NCBI GenBank assembly: GCA_003427395.1
Contig: BFEA01000020.1
Span: 3,833,336-3,897,335, forward strand
Reading direction: 5' to 3'
DNA length: 64,000 bases
Source of the DNA: Chara braunii
Lineage: Eukaryota > Plantae > Charophyceae
In this document: in pieces, positions 48,201-61,413 of the stretch
Position numbering within the stretch: the stretch's first letter is position 1
Layout: every line of letters starts with the position of its first letter
Translations under genes and position numbers: made by a program
The notes under the pieces: model-generated
What the model saw: the letters and a program-made list of their open reading frames with translations, nothing else
The model's database searches: none
Told to the model about the DNA's origin: nothing

Positions 48201-51200
48201 CGGAGTGAAGTAGTAGCGGGCAAGGAGCGGGGTCTAGGAGCTCGCTTATCGATTGACGCGCTGCCCGGTTCAGTAAGTGAAGCAATGGGGAGTGACGGCG
48301 GAGGCTGCAGACCTGTCTACAGACTGGTACGTTACCCATCCTACTGCCCTAAGGAACTGGAGGAGGCCTGCGAGTTCGTAGGCTTATTTGTGGCCATCAC
48401 ACTTGGGGCCGCGGGCGTTTCGAAGTGACTGCGATTGAGAAATGGGGGGGGGTACTGTTGTGATTTGTCGTCAGAGAGTCAACGGTTGGAGGCTGGACTT
48501 CAATTGGCCAAGCTGCTGCAATTGTTTTGGCCGCCATTGAGGGGCCCTCCGGCGTTGAAGGTTTGAAGGCCTTCTCCTACGAGTCTGTGAGCACCCTTCT
48601 TGGATCTGAGAGTGTCGAACCCGCCTCCTTCTGTCCCTCTCTTACTCTAAGTCGAGTCTATTGGTTCTGAGAGGAAGGCGGCAGGCGGGATTGCAACCCG
48701 TAATCCGCGCCAAGGCCTCTGTGGGAGGTTCGCCCCACCGATTGCGGGAGCTCTGCCGAAACTCAGGAGGAGTTCTGGAGGCAGGGAACTCAGAGATAAT
48801 CATTGTTTTCCCTTATTAAACCCAATACAACCCCTATTTATACATCTCCCTGTGTATTGACTGACTGTATTGTATGCGACCCTTACTTTGACTTTGGATT
48901 GACTTTCAGGACACAAATGAGACAAACTAAAGGAATGTTTGTATAATGGCAATTTCAGTTTCTTGATTGTCTGAAGGCAGATTGTCACAAGGGGTTGCAT
49001 CAGGGGGAAGGTTGGGAGGAAGGCAGTTTTGCTTGCGATTGAACGGGTCTTATAGGGTCAGGCATTGTTTCTAAGATGAATGGCCTGACTGTTATGTTTT
49101 GTTCTGTTTTTTGAAGAACCAAACATTATTTCGAAAATGAATAGCTTGGTTGTTGTGTTTCTTTAATTGTGTAAGGCATTGTTTCTAAGATAAATGGCCT
49201 GACCACTTATTTCTGAGCGGTATTGCTTGCTTAACTTTTGAGGGTCAGACATTGTTTCTAAGATGAATGGTCTGGCCGTTGTTTTACTTGGGTGGTTTCT
49301 GAACAGTCTCTGGGTCAGACCCAGGGTACTCTGTTTTTATTGTGTGCTGAAAAAGGGAGAGCTGAGCATTATTTCTAAGATGAATGACTCATCTCTCCTT
49401 GATTGCTTTTATTCTGAGGGAGGATTTAGGGCCAGAGGACTAGACATTGTTTCTAAGATGAATGGTCTAAGTCTGAGGCCTAAGGACCATAATGAGAATG
49501 AAGGAATAAGATTCTTTATAATGTTGTATATATATGTACTTATATACGAACAAGGCTAGTTAGACATTGTTTCTAAGATGAATGGTCTGACTATAGCCTT
49601 ATCACAAGCAAAGAGAGTATAATCAAGAGTTATAAGTGAAGGCAACTTAGGCCGACTGAGCTTTGTTTCTTAGATGAATGACTCAGTCCTACGCTCATTC
49701 TTGAAGATTGAGTTAAGAGAGGTATATATAATTTGACTACTTAAACAGTTCAAGGCGACTAAGCATGGTTTTTAAGATGAATGGCTTAGTCATATGCCCA
49801 ATGAAGAGAAAAGTAGTTGTGCAACCTGTTTGTGTATAACTAAGGCAGAGGGCTGACATTGTTTCTAAGATGAATGGTCAGTCTCAATGCCCTATGTAAG
49901 CAGGGTATAAAGGGTTAAAACACTGAAAGACTATGAACTAATGTTTGCTAAGTCAACCTGGGGTTGGTTGGTGAGAGTACTTACCTTTGTGGTTTGTCTT
50001 GCATGTGGCTGAGTGACATCACTGCTTAGTCTGAGTTTGAGTTGATAGGTAGTTGCTGTAGTGGCTCGCCACGTGCTAGAGCTATAGGAGTTAGACTCAA
50101 TTTCTGCATTTTCTCTGATGAACTTTTTTTACTTAGTTCAATTTTTACATTTATCTAAAGTATTTTCTCATACTTGGCTTTGTATAAATCTTGGTAAGCT
50201 ACTTTCTCTACGGGAAGCGCTGCCGAAATTTTTGCAAATCCAAGGAGTTAGTCAAATTTCTGACTCTTCAAAGTTTAACTTGTCTAAGGTTCGTATATGA
50301 CTTAGTAAAAATCTGGAAAGTCTCATTTTCTAAAGGGAGTGCTGCCCAAATTTTTGCTAATTCAAGGAGTTAGACAAAAATTGGACTTTGGAAAGTCAAA
50401 TACCATTTTTGGTTTCATATTCGGACAGATATAAATTCTAGAAAGACACTTTTTCTACGGGAAGCGCTGCCGAAATTTTCTTAGTTTAAAGGAGATAGAT
50501 TATATTTTGACAGGTGGCGATTCTGACGATCCACCCTGAATACGAGAGATTCTGTCACTAGTCTACCTTTGCTTTGGGCACTGGCTTAGAGGTAGACTTA
50601 GACTTGGCTGGCAGATAGTCTTGAGTGAGAATGTGTTTTGGAGTTCTATTCTCCAAGGACTTATAGATTTTAGCTTGGGCATTGGCCTGTCTTATGGTAC
50701 AGGTCTTTCTTGAACGCTCGATTCAGGACTTGGACTAGTTTCAGCTCGATCCTACAAGGATCATCTTCTGTTATCACTGATAACAGGTCGGTTGCCGATT
50801 CGTCGGTTTACAATTCAACTCCAATTCACTCCTGTCACTCAGCCTAAAGGTTTTAACCTTGTGATTGAACTGTTTTGTTGTGTTTTCACCCGGACTTTAT
50901 TGAATGGTCATCCAACAAAAGTACTGTGTATTTATTTAAGAGTTGCACGAGTGAGGCTTGTATGGCTAAAGCGAGGGGTATGAGTGCTAGGAATGGTTGA
51001 AGTTGACCCCGTGTAGTGCGTGNNNNNNNNNNNNNNNNNNNNNNNNNNNNNNNNNNNNNNNNNNNNNNNNNNNNNNNNNNNNNNNNNNNNNNNNNNNNNN
51101 NNNNNNNNNNNNNNNNNNNNNNNNNNNNNNNNNNNNNNNNNNNNNNNNNNNNNNNNNNNNNNNNNNNNNNNNNNNNNNNNNNNNNNNNNNNNNNNNNNNN

Positions 51201-52373
51201 NNNNNNNNNNNNNNNNNNNNNNNNNNNNNNNNNNNNNNNNNNNNNNNNNNNNNNNNNNNNNNNNNNNNNNNNNNNNNNNNNNNNNNNNNNNNNNNNNNNN
51301 NNNNNNNNNNNNNNNNNNNNNNNNNNNNNNNNNNNNNNNNNNNNNNNNNNNNNNNNNNNNNNNNNNNNNNNNNNNNNNNNNNNNNNNNNNNNNNNNNNNN
51401 NNNNNNNNNNNNNNNNNNNNNNNNNNNNNNNNNNNNNNNNNNNNNNNNNNNNNNNNNNNNNNNNNNNNNNNNNNNNNNNNNNNNNNNNNNNNGCCGTCAA
51501 AGTCAAACCCCTTGATGTTCGACTGCCACGACAGCTTAAAACTGTCTACTCAACCCCTCTGCACAGGGTGCAGAAGAGGGTGTGGTCTTCAACCGCGCAT
51601 GGCGGTTGTCCAGCGTCGAGACATTAACCCTCAAGGCGCGTGTCAGCCGACACTTGAGTGTTGAATGCGACCCTCGCGATTAACGGGGACCGCGTGAGTA
51701 TGGGTACTACATAGTACGCCATCATTGCGACTGCTTGCGTACGCTTGCATTGCGAGTCGATATGAGTTAGCCCTCCGCGCGGTTTTATACTGAGTCTCGC
51801 GCGCGACGCCTGTTCGATTTCCACGTCGGGAAGTTATGGGACGGCTACTGAAGGGACTAGGAGTGTTGTCGCGTTGTTCGATGTGTGTGTGTGTGTGTGT
51901 ATTTTATTTTTTTGTGTTTGTAAAGTGGTGTGCGCGTGGTGTGTGAGATGCGTCCTAGTCGACCGACGACGAATCACGCTTGGGACTTCAGCCCCCCAAC
52001 ATGTCGGTTCGCGTGCGGGCCCGATAGGCGTATTACCGCGTGTACCCCCTATGCTACAGCGAACGAGAAACGCCCTCGGCTGGTCCACCTCTGTGATTGC
52101 AACCGAGTAGCTTTCGTACTGTGGACTGGTAGCTCGGCGGGGATACGCCCACCGAAGGGAGGTGACAGCTCCCGTAAGGTGGAGGTAAGTTGTGCCTCGC
52201 GTAGGCCTTATCCTGTCGTAGGGGCTCGTGAGAGGTATGGCTGATGCACTCGGCCGGAGCGGCCTAAGGAAGTTCCATTTGTGTGTTCGTGGCAAGGTTG
52301 GTCCAACTCCTGCGTGATGCGGCCGAGAGGGTCCCGCGCTACCACGTGTGGTGTCGGACCGATGCGTCCGACA
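45212..52373 (+). repeat. 3' LTR (~7.16 kb including a gap)
   Basis: TGTCGGCGCAAATACCCTTACAAGGGTAT...GATGCGTCCGACA; lacks the ~21592-21815 segment of the 5' LTR. Confidence 0.88.
49057..49885 (+). repeat. 3' LTR copy of the 10-hairpin array
   Basis: Same CATTGTTTCTAAGATGAATGG cores and stems as 25503-26331. Confidence 0.9.
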
Positions 52374-52493
52374 ACGGTGCAGTCAAAATCAGGATGCGGT
52401 ACATTTGGCGAAATCTTGTTAGTCCCCTGCTAAGCCTGCTTCACCTATCGGGTTGATCCCTCGTCGAGGTCACGGTGGGTGCTTGTTTTCATC

Positions 52494-52593
<100 letters not shown>

Positions 52594-53145
52594 TCACAAT
52601 ATCCTTATATATATATATATATATATCCTCATTTTTTGGGCCGCACACTCACTTTCTCTCTCCTACGACATGTTCGTCTCCTTTATCTTAGCGCACTCAC
52701 ATCTTCCATGCTGCCCAAATATTTTCCCCCCAGTGTGTTTATATTTCCTCGATCTTACATAGTTCGCCAAAATCAAAATATTATATAGTAATGAGGGTAA
52801 TAATAATAATCATAATAATGGCAAAATAATAATAATAATAATGGTAATAATAATAATATAGGGATAATGAACGTATACAAGTTATTTTTTCGGCATGATG
52901 TAATCACGATAGGGGCGTGCATGTTGCTTTCTCCCTCATGCGCTTCCAAACAAAGTTCCAACTTCACTGAGGGTCTAGTGTAGCGCCAACTAAGAAAATG
53001 GAGATGCAGGCCGTTATAGCCTAGGTAAGTTCCCACATCACTCACCTCATTGTCCTTCTTCTTCGTTTCCACCACCGTTTCTTTCCCCATTGCATCCTCT
53101 TTTTTACTCATCTCCATCCTCTTTTATTTTTCTTCTTCTTCTTCT

Positions 53146-53183
<38 letters not shown>

Positions 53184-53815
53184 CATGTGTTTTTCTGCCA
53201 TTTTCGTTTCTCCTATTGTAATCGCCTTCTACCCCTGTAATCGCTCCGTTTTCTTTCTCCTTCGCAAACTCTTCTACTTCCTGCTCGTTTCCGTCACTTC
53301 GAGCGTCGATCAACTTACCTTGTCTGTGAGCTCCTTCCCTACCGCGCGCTTACCTTTTTCTTCGCATTCTCTCTGTCACCGCACCCGTTTGCGCACCCGC
53401 TTTCTCTCTCTTTGCGCACTCCCATTCTCTCTCATTGAGCTCATTATCTTCCTTACTGCGCTCTCTTTCTCCCTCCACGCAGCCCTCTTCTCGCTCGCCC
53501 TTCTCACTTCTCGTATTGCTTGTGCTCGTTCCTCATGTAACCGTTTTTTTCCCCGTAACCCGAGTATTTGATCACAACGCTCTCACTTTCTCTCTCTCAC
53601 TCTCTTTTCCGTTTTTTCTTCTGTACCAATGCATGCGCCCATGCATCCGTCTTCCTTAATGTGTGCATTATCCCTTCGATTGCGTCTTATGTTTTCCGAC
53701 CCTTCTTCTCCTCGTGCTTGTTTTCTTCTTCATGCACACACTTGCTCTTCCGTTCCCGCAATGTTTTTCTTCCTACCGTGCTCATGTATAAAGTTGACCT
53801 TGTAGCTAAAATAAA

Positions 53816-53860
<45 letters not shown>

Positions 53861-54952
53861 AAGGATAATGAATGCACACAGGTTATCTTTCTAGTATGAT
53901 ATAATCATATGATAGGGGCGCCACGGGCTCCAGTCACTTATGATTCACGAGGTTGAGCGACCTGACAGGCGAGTTGTTACTCGCAACTTTCAAGATCGCA
54001 ACTCGTTCCATGCTCGTCGTCGTCGTCGTGTTGTGTACATTTTTTATTTTCTCCTCCACAATGATCGTCTCCTCTTTTTGTGCACATCTAGACATCATGT
54101 TACCTCTTACCAAAATCCTATATTTTTAATAAACACTTTCTACCCCCTATTATGTGCCACTTTTGTCTATTTTTGCAGAAAAAAAACACTCCTTATCCCA
54201 AAGTTAGAGAGTTATTTTGTCAAGTTCCTTCAACATGGTTATCTCAAGCGCCTTAGTAATCTGTACTTGTTCACCTGTATCGGTTTGTGGTACTGTTCAA
54301 TCTACAATTGATTCTATAAGTTTTTTCCCGGAAATTGAGGCCTTGCCAAATCATCCAATTTTGTTTTGTCTAGTAGCGCTAGCTTAATTCAACTTTTATC
54401 CCTTTCTAGTACCCATCAGCGCCGCCTTTTGGGGTTTCCTTAGGTACCGATTCTATTTTATTTCCCCTACTCATAATCTTCCTCCTCGGCACCTTTGTTC
54501 CGTTTTCCTTTTTTTCCTTTTTTTCCTTTTTTTCCCTTCGTACTTCCTACTAATCTTATGCTAAAATTATTATTCTATTGAACTCATTCGGGCTTAACCC
54601 CCCCCCCTCATGACATTCCTCTCCTTCTCCTTGGCGCCGCTCTTCTTCTCCCTCTGCCGTCATCTTACTCCTTCCTCCGCCTCTTCCTTTTCTTATGCTC
54701 ACCTTCCCTCCTAAGCGCTCTCATTTCTCCCCTTCGTGCTCGACTCTCCGCTTCGTGACATAATGTTTCTGCAAGACAATTCCTTACTTTGAGAAACGGA
54801 ACCTGCCTTGGTTTTAAAAATAATTCATTGAACCAAATCTAAAGAAATAACTACGGGATCGAAGAAAAATAAATGATTAAAAAAAAAAAACCTAATCTAA
54901 CTAATAACGAAATAAACATGTCACTACTACTACCAACTACGAGTCAATTGCC

Positions 54953-55027
54953 GGGTCCCCGTTTCAACAGGGTTAATCGTAACTACCTATGAAAACGAGA
55001 TCTCGGGTTCGAACCCCGACCGACCGA
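54953..55027 (+). pseudogene. Degenerate tRNA-like or SINE head
   Basis: Perfect T-arm TCGGG-TTCGAAC-CCCGA; the rest of the cloverleaf is poor. Confidence 0.3.
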
Positions 55028-55784
55028 GCTTAGGTGAAAGTGCACGCCGGTTCGGTAATGAAAAATAAGGTAGTCTCAGTTGTCGGTAGGCTTTAACCCA
55101 TGCACCTCACGAATGGCAATCCACCCCTAAACCTACAGAGCTAGTACCTACTTCGGTTTGAAGAGGAGTTTCCCAGATACGTGTATAGCAATGTGGCATA
55201 GTCCAGGTATTGATCCGGGCTTAGGCCTCATGTTCTTAGGGCACTAAGCCCGGTCCTGTACCCTATCTGGGCCGCGATAGGTATCTAAGCGTTTATGGTT
55301 GCTCTGCCCACATGGGCGGGGCTTATATGACGTTTTCCCTTCATTTGAACCTGCGGTGGAGCGTATCGCCCACTTCACACATACGGACACGCCTGCCATC
55401 TCTTTGCGTGACAAAACATTAACCTTATCGATCCTTCGACCTCCATTGTCGGAGGGGTTTTTATTATGTTTACGCTCGTTACTTTTATCACACGTCGTGC
55501 CAAAGGCATGCACCCTGTACTTTCTTAGGGTTGACTATTTTCCGCTACCGAGATGGTGTGTAGGCCTGATTTTATAATTTGAGCCTTCAACCTTTGTGGT
55601 TGAGTGACACTACTATTGTTCTCAACCATTTTAGCATGCGTCAGAATAACTCACGTGCGTATTTATCAAATTTTCTTATTGATAAACTTCGACCTCAACC
55701 GTTTCAAAGTGCCGTGCAAAAACGCGGACACTTCTAATTTCAGACCGACTCTGTCATGGTGGTCGATGTCATCGCTTTATCAGC

Positions 55785-56405
55785 AGTAATCTTTGCTCTG
55801 TCCATGTCGAGAGCCTGGTTAGACACATAGTGTCCTAAGAAGTCCACTTTGCGTTGAACGAAGTGATACTTACTGAGCTTCGCATAGAAATCATGTTTGT
55901 CTAAGCATTGTAGGACATTGCGGAGGTGTCTGAGATGACGTTCTAAGGTACGACTGTAGACTAAGATGTCGTCTAATTACACGAGAACATACTCTTCCAG
56001 GATGTTCATAAATATATCGTTCATTCTTGTCTGGAAGGTGGCGGGTGAATTGGTGAGGCCGAATGGCATCACCGTTAACTCGTAGTGACCGAAAAGTGAT
56101 CGGAAGGCGGTCTTCGGCTGGTCCTCTGCAGCCACGCGGATCTGGTGGTAACTCCTACGAAAAGATTTTTGTAAAGAAGTGGTTGTTTACTAGACGCTCA
56201 AACAGTGCATCAACGCAAGACATGAGATAGTTGTTCTTAACAGTGTAACTCTTAAGGTTCTTGTAATCAATGCAGAGGTGGAAAGTTTCGTCGCTTTACC
56301 TACATAAAGGAAGGATGCACCCAAAGGGGAGTGGCTAGGTTTAATGAAACCCAGCCAAAGGAGTTCTTCACGCTTATGCTTGCGTTTCGTCGCCTCCAGA
56401 ATCGA
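55785..56405 (-). pseudogene. Ty3/Gypsy reverse transcriptase remnant
   Basis: [67 protein letters not shown]. Confidence 0.9.
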
Positions 56406-57345
56406 GAGTCGAGAGGGTGCCTAATAGTGAAAACGATAGCCAAGTACGAGCTAGATAAGATGTTCAACACCGCATACAGGAGGGATCCTATTGTATGAAA
56501 AATATGGAGGAAAGACATCGCGGTAATCTCAAATACTCTCAAATCAGATCGTGAACAACAATTTTTAAGTTGGTTTCATTTAATTAATTGAATTGGGGAA
56601 GAGATCTAATAAAGTGTCTAATAATAAGGCTATACTCAACAGCGCCCACTTCGTGGCTTCGTGGAGAAAGGGGCCTATATCTAGAAATATCTATCTATCC
56701 TAACCGTAAGTTGAGTTGGAGAGCCGTATGATAGGTAACTATCTCGTACGGTTCGGAGAGGACTCGAGTAATCACCAAGGGTGTGAAAAATTATATAAAT
56801 AATAAATGCATTGGAGGTTTTTTAACCAATTGGAAGCACATTTTTCATATACAATGGCATTTTCAACACTTGGAAAACTTATCACTCAAAGCTTTAGATA
56901 AAACACAATATATTCGCAAGCTGCCGCGTTATAAAAAAATGTAGGTGTAATAAAATTGTAGATAGTTGTATCAATTTGACCCGAAATCGGGTGATCTAGC
57001 CATGAACAGGTTGAAGAGAGTCGTAACGGGCCTTGGAGGACCGAACCCACGTATGTGGCAAAATACGGGGATAACTTGTGGCTAGGGTAAAATAAAGAAA
57101 GAGTAAGAATCAATCATCGAGTATTGATTCTTCAGCGTATTTTACGCTTCATGCCTTTTGCCCCATAGGCGCGTGAGTGCTTATAGAAAAATTGGCGCAT
57201 AACGGTGGAACCGTTAAATCTTTGAGTGAAATAGCATAACTGACGCCTTCATACATAAATAGGCATCGAAAAGCCTTTCCCAAACCGTATGTGCAAGTTT
57301 TCTCGCATACAGCTCTCACGAAGGTCTTTAGTTAGCGATTGTAAA
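56405..57345. other. Mosaic organellar (mitochondrial) insertion, NUMT; boundaries approximate
   Basis: Group II intron domain V at 56721-56754 (+) and 57282-57315 (-), an LSU rRNA fragment and AT-rich context; interrupts the Gypsy pol. Confidence 0.75.
56978..57087 (+). rRNA. rnl: Mitochondrial-type LSU rRNA fragment (non-functional)
   Basis: GACCCGAAATCGGGTGATCTAGCCATG...GGAGGACCGAACCCACGTATGTGGCAAAATACGGGGAT..CTTGTGGCTAGGG. Confidence 0.8.
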
Positions 57346-57854
57346 TAAGCCGGCAGAGGTTTGACAACTGCAACCTGGATGGACGCCGTGTGAATAATCA
57401 ATCAAATTTGTGTTCTCCATAGGACCCTTTGTGATGTCTGGCATCAATCACTTCTACCACGCGAGTTCCTCAACATCTGCATCGGCATGAGACGTATTTG
57501 TGGACTCAGCAGTGGACGACGTAGAGACCTGAATGTCAAAGGGGTATCTGCAAATTATGGGGTGGTGGTAGAGATGGGAGCCGTGGAGATGGAGGAAGGG
57601 TTAGGGGGATCCGGCTCTAAGGAGATGAGCTCCTCCTGATGCATGGAGTGAGCGGACAAAGAGGATTGTAGCGAAGAAGATTTGCAACGTTTATTGAGTA
57701 GATAATGACATCCTCCTCATGCATAAAGTAAGCAAACTGGCAAGGGAAAGTGAAGGCGATGTCTCGGTGAGACCTTGGAGGATGAGAGGTAGGTCAAGCG
57801 GGGTGTCACCTGTGGTACCAATGAAGGGGACACAATGAGTCTCACCACACTTCA

Positions 57855-59280
57855 TTCTAAGAACGAGTATCTCGGTCGCCCATCCGACCTCTTTGTGACG
57901 AAACTTGCGAGACTAGAGAGTGACAAGGATGAAATTGTACCCAGTCTTCCACTCATTTAAGTGTACGAAGGAATGGTAGCGGTGAGACGATTGAGTACTA
58001 TTCAACAACTGGAGGGAAGAAAAAAGGGAAGGTCAGAGACCGTTTGATTGAAGAAGCGTTGCGTCTTGGTATCTCCGAGGGTAACGGAGATAGGAGACCG
58101 AGACTTGGGATAACTATACATCTTCCTTAACCACGCGAGGGTGAACAAAATCTCTCAGCAAAGCGGAGTCACATAAAGCGCGGTAAACCCTCGTATATAT
58201 CCAAAGACGAATGAGAATGATTGAGAGGATGAAATCAGGGTCAAAGAATAAAGCAAGAAGACGACACAATGGGTCTGACCACGCTTCGTTGTGAGAACGA
58301 GTATCTCAGTTGCCCATCCGGTCTTTTTGCTATGAAACTTCTAAGACCAGAGAGTACCAAGGATGAAATCGTACCTAGTCTCCTACTCATTGAAGTGTGG
58401 GAAGCAATGGTAGCGGTGAGATGATTGAGTAGTATTCGGCAGCTGGAGGCAAGAAAAAAATGGGAGGTCAGAAACTTTTTGATTGAAGAAGCGCTACGTC
58501 TTGGTATCTCCGAGGGTAACGAAGGTCGGAGACCGAGACTCGGGATAACTATACAACTTTCTCAACCACGGGAGGGTGAACGAAATCTCTCAGCAAGGCA
58601 GAGTCACATAAAGCGCGAAACACCCTCGTATATATCCAAAGATGAATTGGAGATTGAGGGTTTAATAAGCTTTATCTATAGTTCTCTGAAACTGGAAAAA
58701 TATGTTCATAAGAACAATAATTACACCCTAGTAACGCGTTGTCTGCGAATACCTACGGGTATTTTAAATGTAGAATACCCATGGAATCACAAAAATATTA
58801 TAGTTTTTAAGAATGAAGAGATTGAGAGGTTGCGATCAAAGATCAAAGAATAGTGCAAGAAGACGACACAATATGTCTGACCACACTTCGTTCCGAGAAC
58901 GAGTATCTCGATCGCCCATCCAGTCTCTTTGCTAAGAAACTTGCAAGACCAGAGAGTACCAATGATAAAATCGAACCCTGTCTCCTACTCATTGAAGTGC
59001 GCGAAGGAATGGTAGTGGTGCGACGATTGAGTACTATTCGGCACCAAGAGGGAAGAAAGAAGGGGAGGTCAAAGATCGTCTGATTGAAGAAGTGTTGCGT
59101 TTTGTTATCTCTGAGGGTAAAGGAGATAGGAGGCTGAGACTCGAGATAGCTAGACAACTTCCTCAACCTCGTGAGGGTGAACGAAATCTCTCAGTGAGGA
59201 GAAGTCACATAAAGCGTAGAACACCCTCGTATATATCCAAAGGCGAATGAGAATGATTGAGAGGTTGCGATCAGGGTCAG
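57855..59280 (-). pseudogene. Three diverged tandem copies of a Gypsy aspartic protease region
   Basis: ~390-bp units at ~57855, ~58255 and ~58855; the minus strand gives RALCDS..RDFVHP and YDFILGT.W motifs. Confidence 0.7.
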
Positions 59281-59799
59281 AGAGTAGAGGAAGAGGACGG
59301 CGCAAGACATATATATGAATCTAATAAGTCTCTCCTTACGAGCATGAAGAATGCTTAGATCCAGGAGAGATGACATCATGACACAACATCATCACGAGTA
59401 ACTAGTTGGGTACTTGTGCGAATAGCGCAACATGTCGAAAGTCTCGGAGGGAAAGGACTAGATGTGGTGGTCTACTGGGAGGCAAACAGTACCTAGACAA
59501 ACCGTGGAGCAGAGGGGACTGTGTTTGTCGCGTTCTGAGAATCCTCTAATTCGGTAGCCAAGGATGCAAACCACGACGCAGTGATTATGAAACCAGCGAC
59601 AGACCCTGCCTGAGCGGTACACTACATCGTGGCTAGTTGGATGGCATGGGCCGGAAGGCGTCGGGGGGGACTGCGATCGACACTGACAGAAATATCAACA
59701 TAGTATCGACGGAGGGCAACATGATATGGGCACCACAACCGCAATGAGCCCTGATGGGGCACACTCCTCAGAGGATAATGCTTCACGCGGTAGGAAAAA

Positions 59800-60720
59800 A
59801 CCCTGCGGGAGGTCCATCTGTAGAATAGCGAATGTGCGGGCACCAGACTGTGTAAAGAGCACGACCCATAGCAAACACGGTTATCCACAAGAAGTCACAG
59901 AGAGAGACAGTCTCGTTATCCAAGTGGTATTGGAAAATGTCCCTGGTTTCGATATCCTCAGATGTATCCCCAAGGGTAAGGTCGAGCTTGGCCGTAGCAT
60001 CGTCGTTGTACTCGAGCGCACTGTAGCGCCGAGAGAATGATGCTTCGGGCTCAATTGGGCAACGAAAACGACCAACAAAACAGAACTGGTCGCGTGTGGT
60101 ACCAGATTAGGTGGTGGTGGCAGGCCGTAAAAAGGACTAGGCCATGGAAAAACGACTTTGCATCTTCTAACACTGACGACCAGCCTCGTAAGCATGCTCT
60201 GCCAGAGAAAACGTTCGCCTTCATAGCTTTATGTGATAGTCAGTCATAAAATTGACAAAAAACCGGTCCGTGAGAGTGACCTTCGACAAGAACGACTCAT
60301 AACAAGTGAGGCGGGCGTCTTGAAACACCCATATATGATACTCTAGGTCGGTTGGTGTGGAGGACGTGGACCATCTGGTCTGGGTGACTCCATCTAAAGC
60401 GTCGGGCATATCGTGCCGAATGCCAAAGCAGTCCTGAAGACATAGCGTGAAGTATGTGAAAGTGAGAGCCTCACCCTTGCGACGGCGATGGCTATATTGC
60501 GTAAGGGTTGTCTCGCAATTTGGCTGCAAGCACATAACACATCTTCTAAGTAATCATCAAAGTCAATGTGCGCGTGGCTATCTGCAACCATTGCCATATG
60601 TGGACCGTGCCATTGTAGTCCGGTGTATCCGAGAGCCGGACAAGGGGGCTCCGCTGTGCCAATGGTGAGGCGAGAGGGGCTAAGGCGCCTGCCTGCACTG
60701 CGTCGACAAAAAAGTCGGGG
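59800..60720 (-). pseudogene. Gypsy gag remnant of the same minus-strand element
   Basis: TPDYNGTVHIWQWL and TFTYFTLCLQDCF...LTDRFF capsid-like segments upstream of protease and RT. Confidence 0.5.
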
Positions 60721-60989
60721 TCGTTGCAGGTGTAAAAATGGGTGCAGTCATGACAGTCGGGAGAGTGACCAGCAGATTTGAAGGCAACGATCACAAATAG
60801 TTGTGATGGAGTGGTAAGGTTAGAAGGTAGAGGAGAGAAAGCATGTAGAGGGAAAGGAGTCTGCACGATAGAGGTGAAACAAACGGTAGAAGACGATGAA
60901 GGGTGAGCAACTTGTAAACCGTGAGGCTGTCTCAAGGTAAGAATGCCCGCCTGAGCCTCCACGATGGTGACCTGCAAAGCAACAACTCC

Positions 60990-61268
60990 GAAGGTACGTT
61001 GGGTCGCCTAAGGAGGAGACAGAGAGGGTACCCGAGCGGGAGGTGGCATCCCAAACTGAGAGTTGCCCTGAGGTGGGGCTGATGGAATAAAAGAAGGAAG
61101 TACAGTGAAGGTACACGTGGTCGCCCGAGAAGGAGACGGAGAGGGTACCCGAGTGGGAGGTGGCATCCCAAAGTGAGGGGGCTGATGGAATAAAAAAAGG
61201 AAGTATAGTGAAGGTACGCTGGGTCGCCCGAGAAGGAGACGAAGAGGATACCCGAGTGGGAGATGGCA
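60990..61268. repeat. 3 x ~100-118 bp tandem repeat
   Basis: GAAGGTAC...GGTCGCC...GTACCCGAG.GGGAG.TGGCA units at ~60990, ~61108 and ~61210. Confidence 0.85.
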
Positions 61269-61377
61269 GAGAGCCGGTTAACCGACCCCCCATTTTTCAC
61301 CTCAATTTATAAGAAAACCATAAGGCCATTTCAAGCAAACTCCACACCATTGTATAGAGTGCACTTCTTACTAACAT

Positions 61378-61413
<36 letters not shown>

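Larger units (their letters stand above)
21425..52373 (+). mobile_element. Giant non-autonomous LTR retrotransposon (LARD/TR-GAG-like)
   Basis: TGTC...GACA termini; TSD ACGG at 21421-21424 and 52374-52377; two homologous LTRs; PBS after the 5' LTR; gag-like ORF but no RT, RNase H or integrase motifs seen inside. Confidence 0.85.

Noticed and set aside
56721-57315. Functional nuclear group II intron
   Set aside because: Only isolated domain V(/VI) pieces in opposite orientations, within an organellar insertion.
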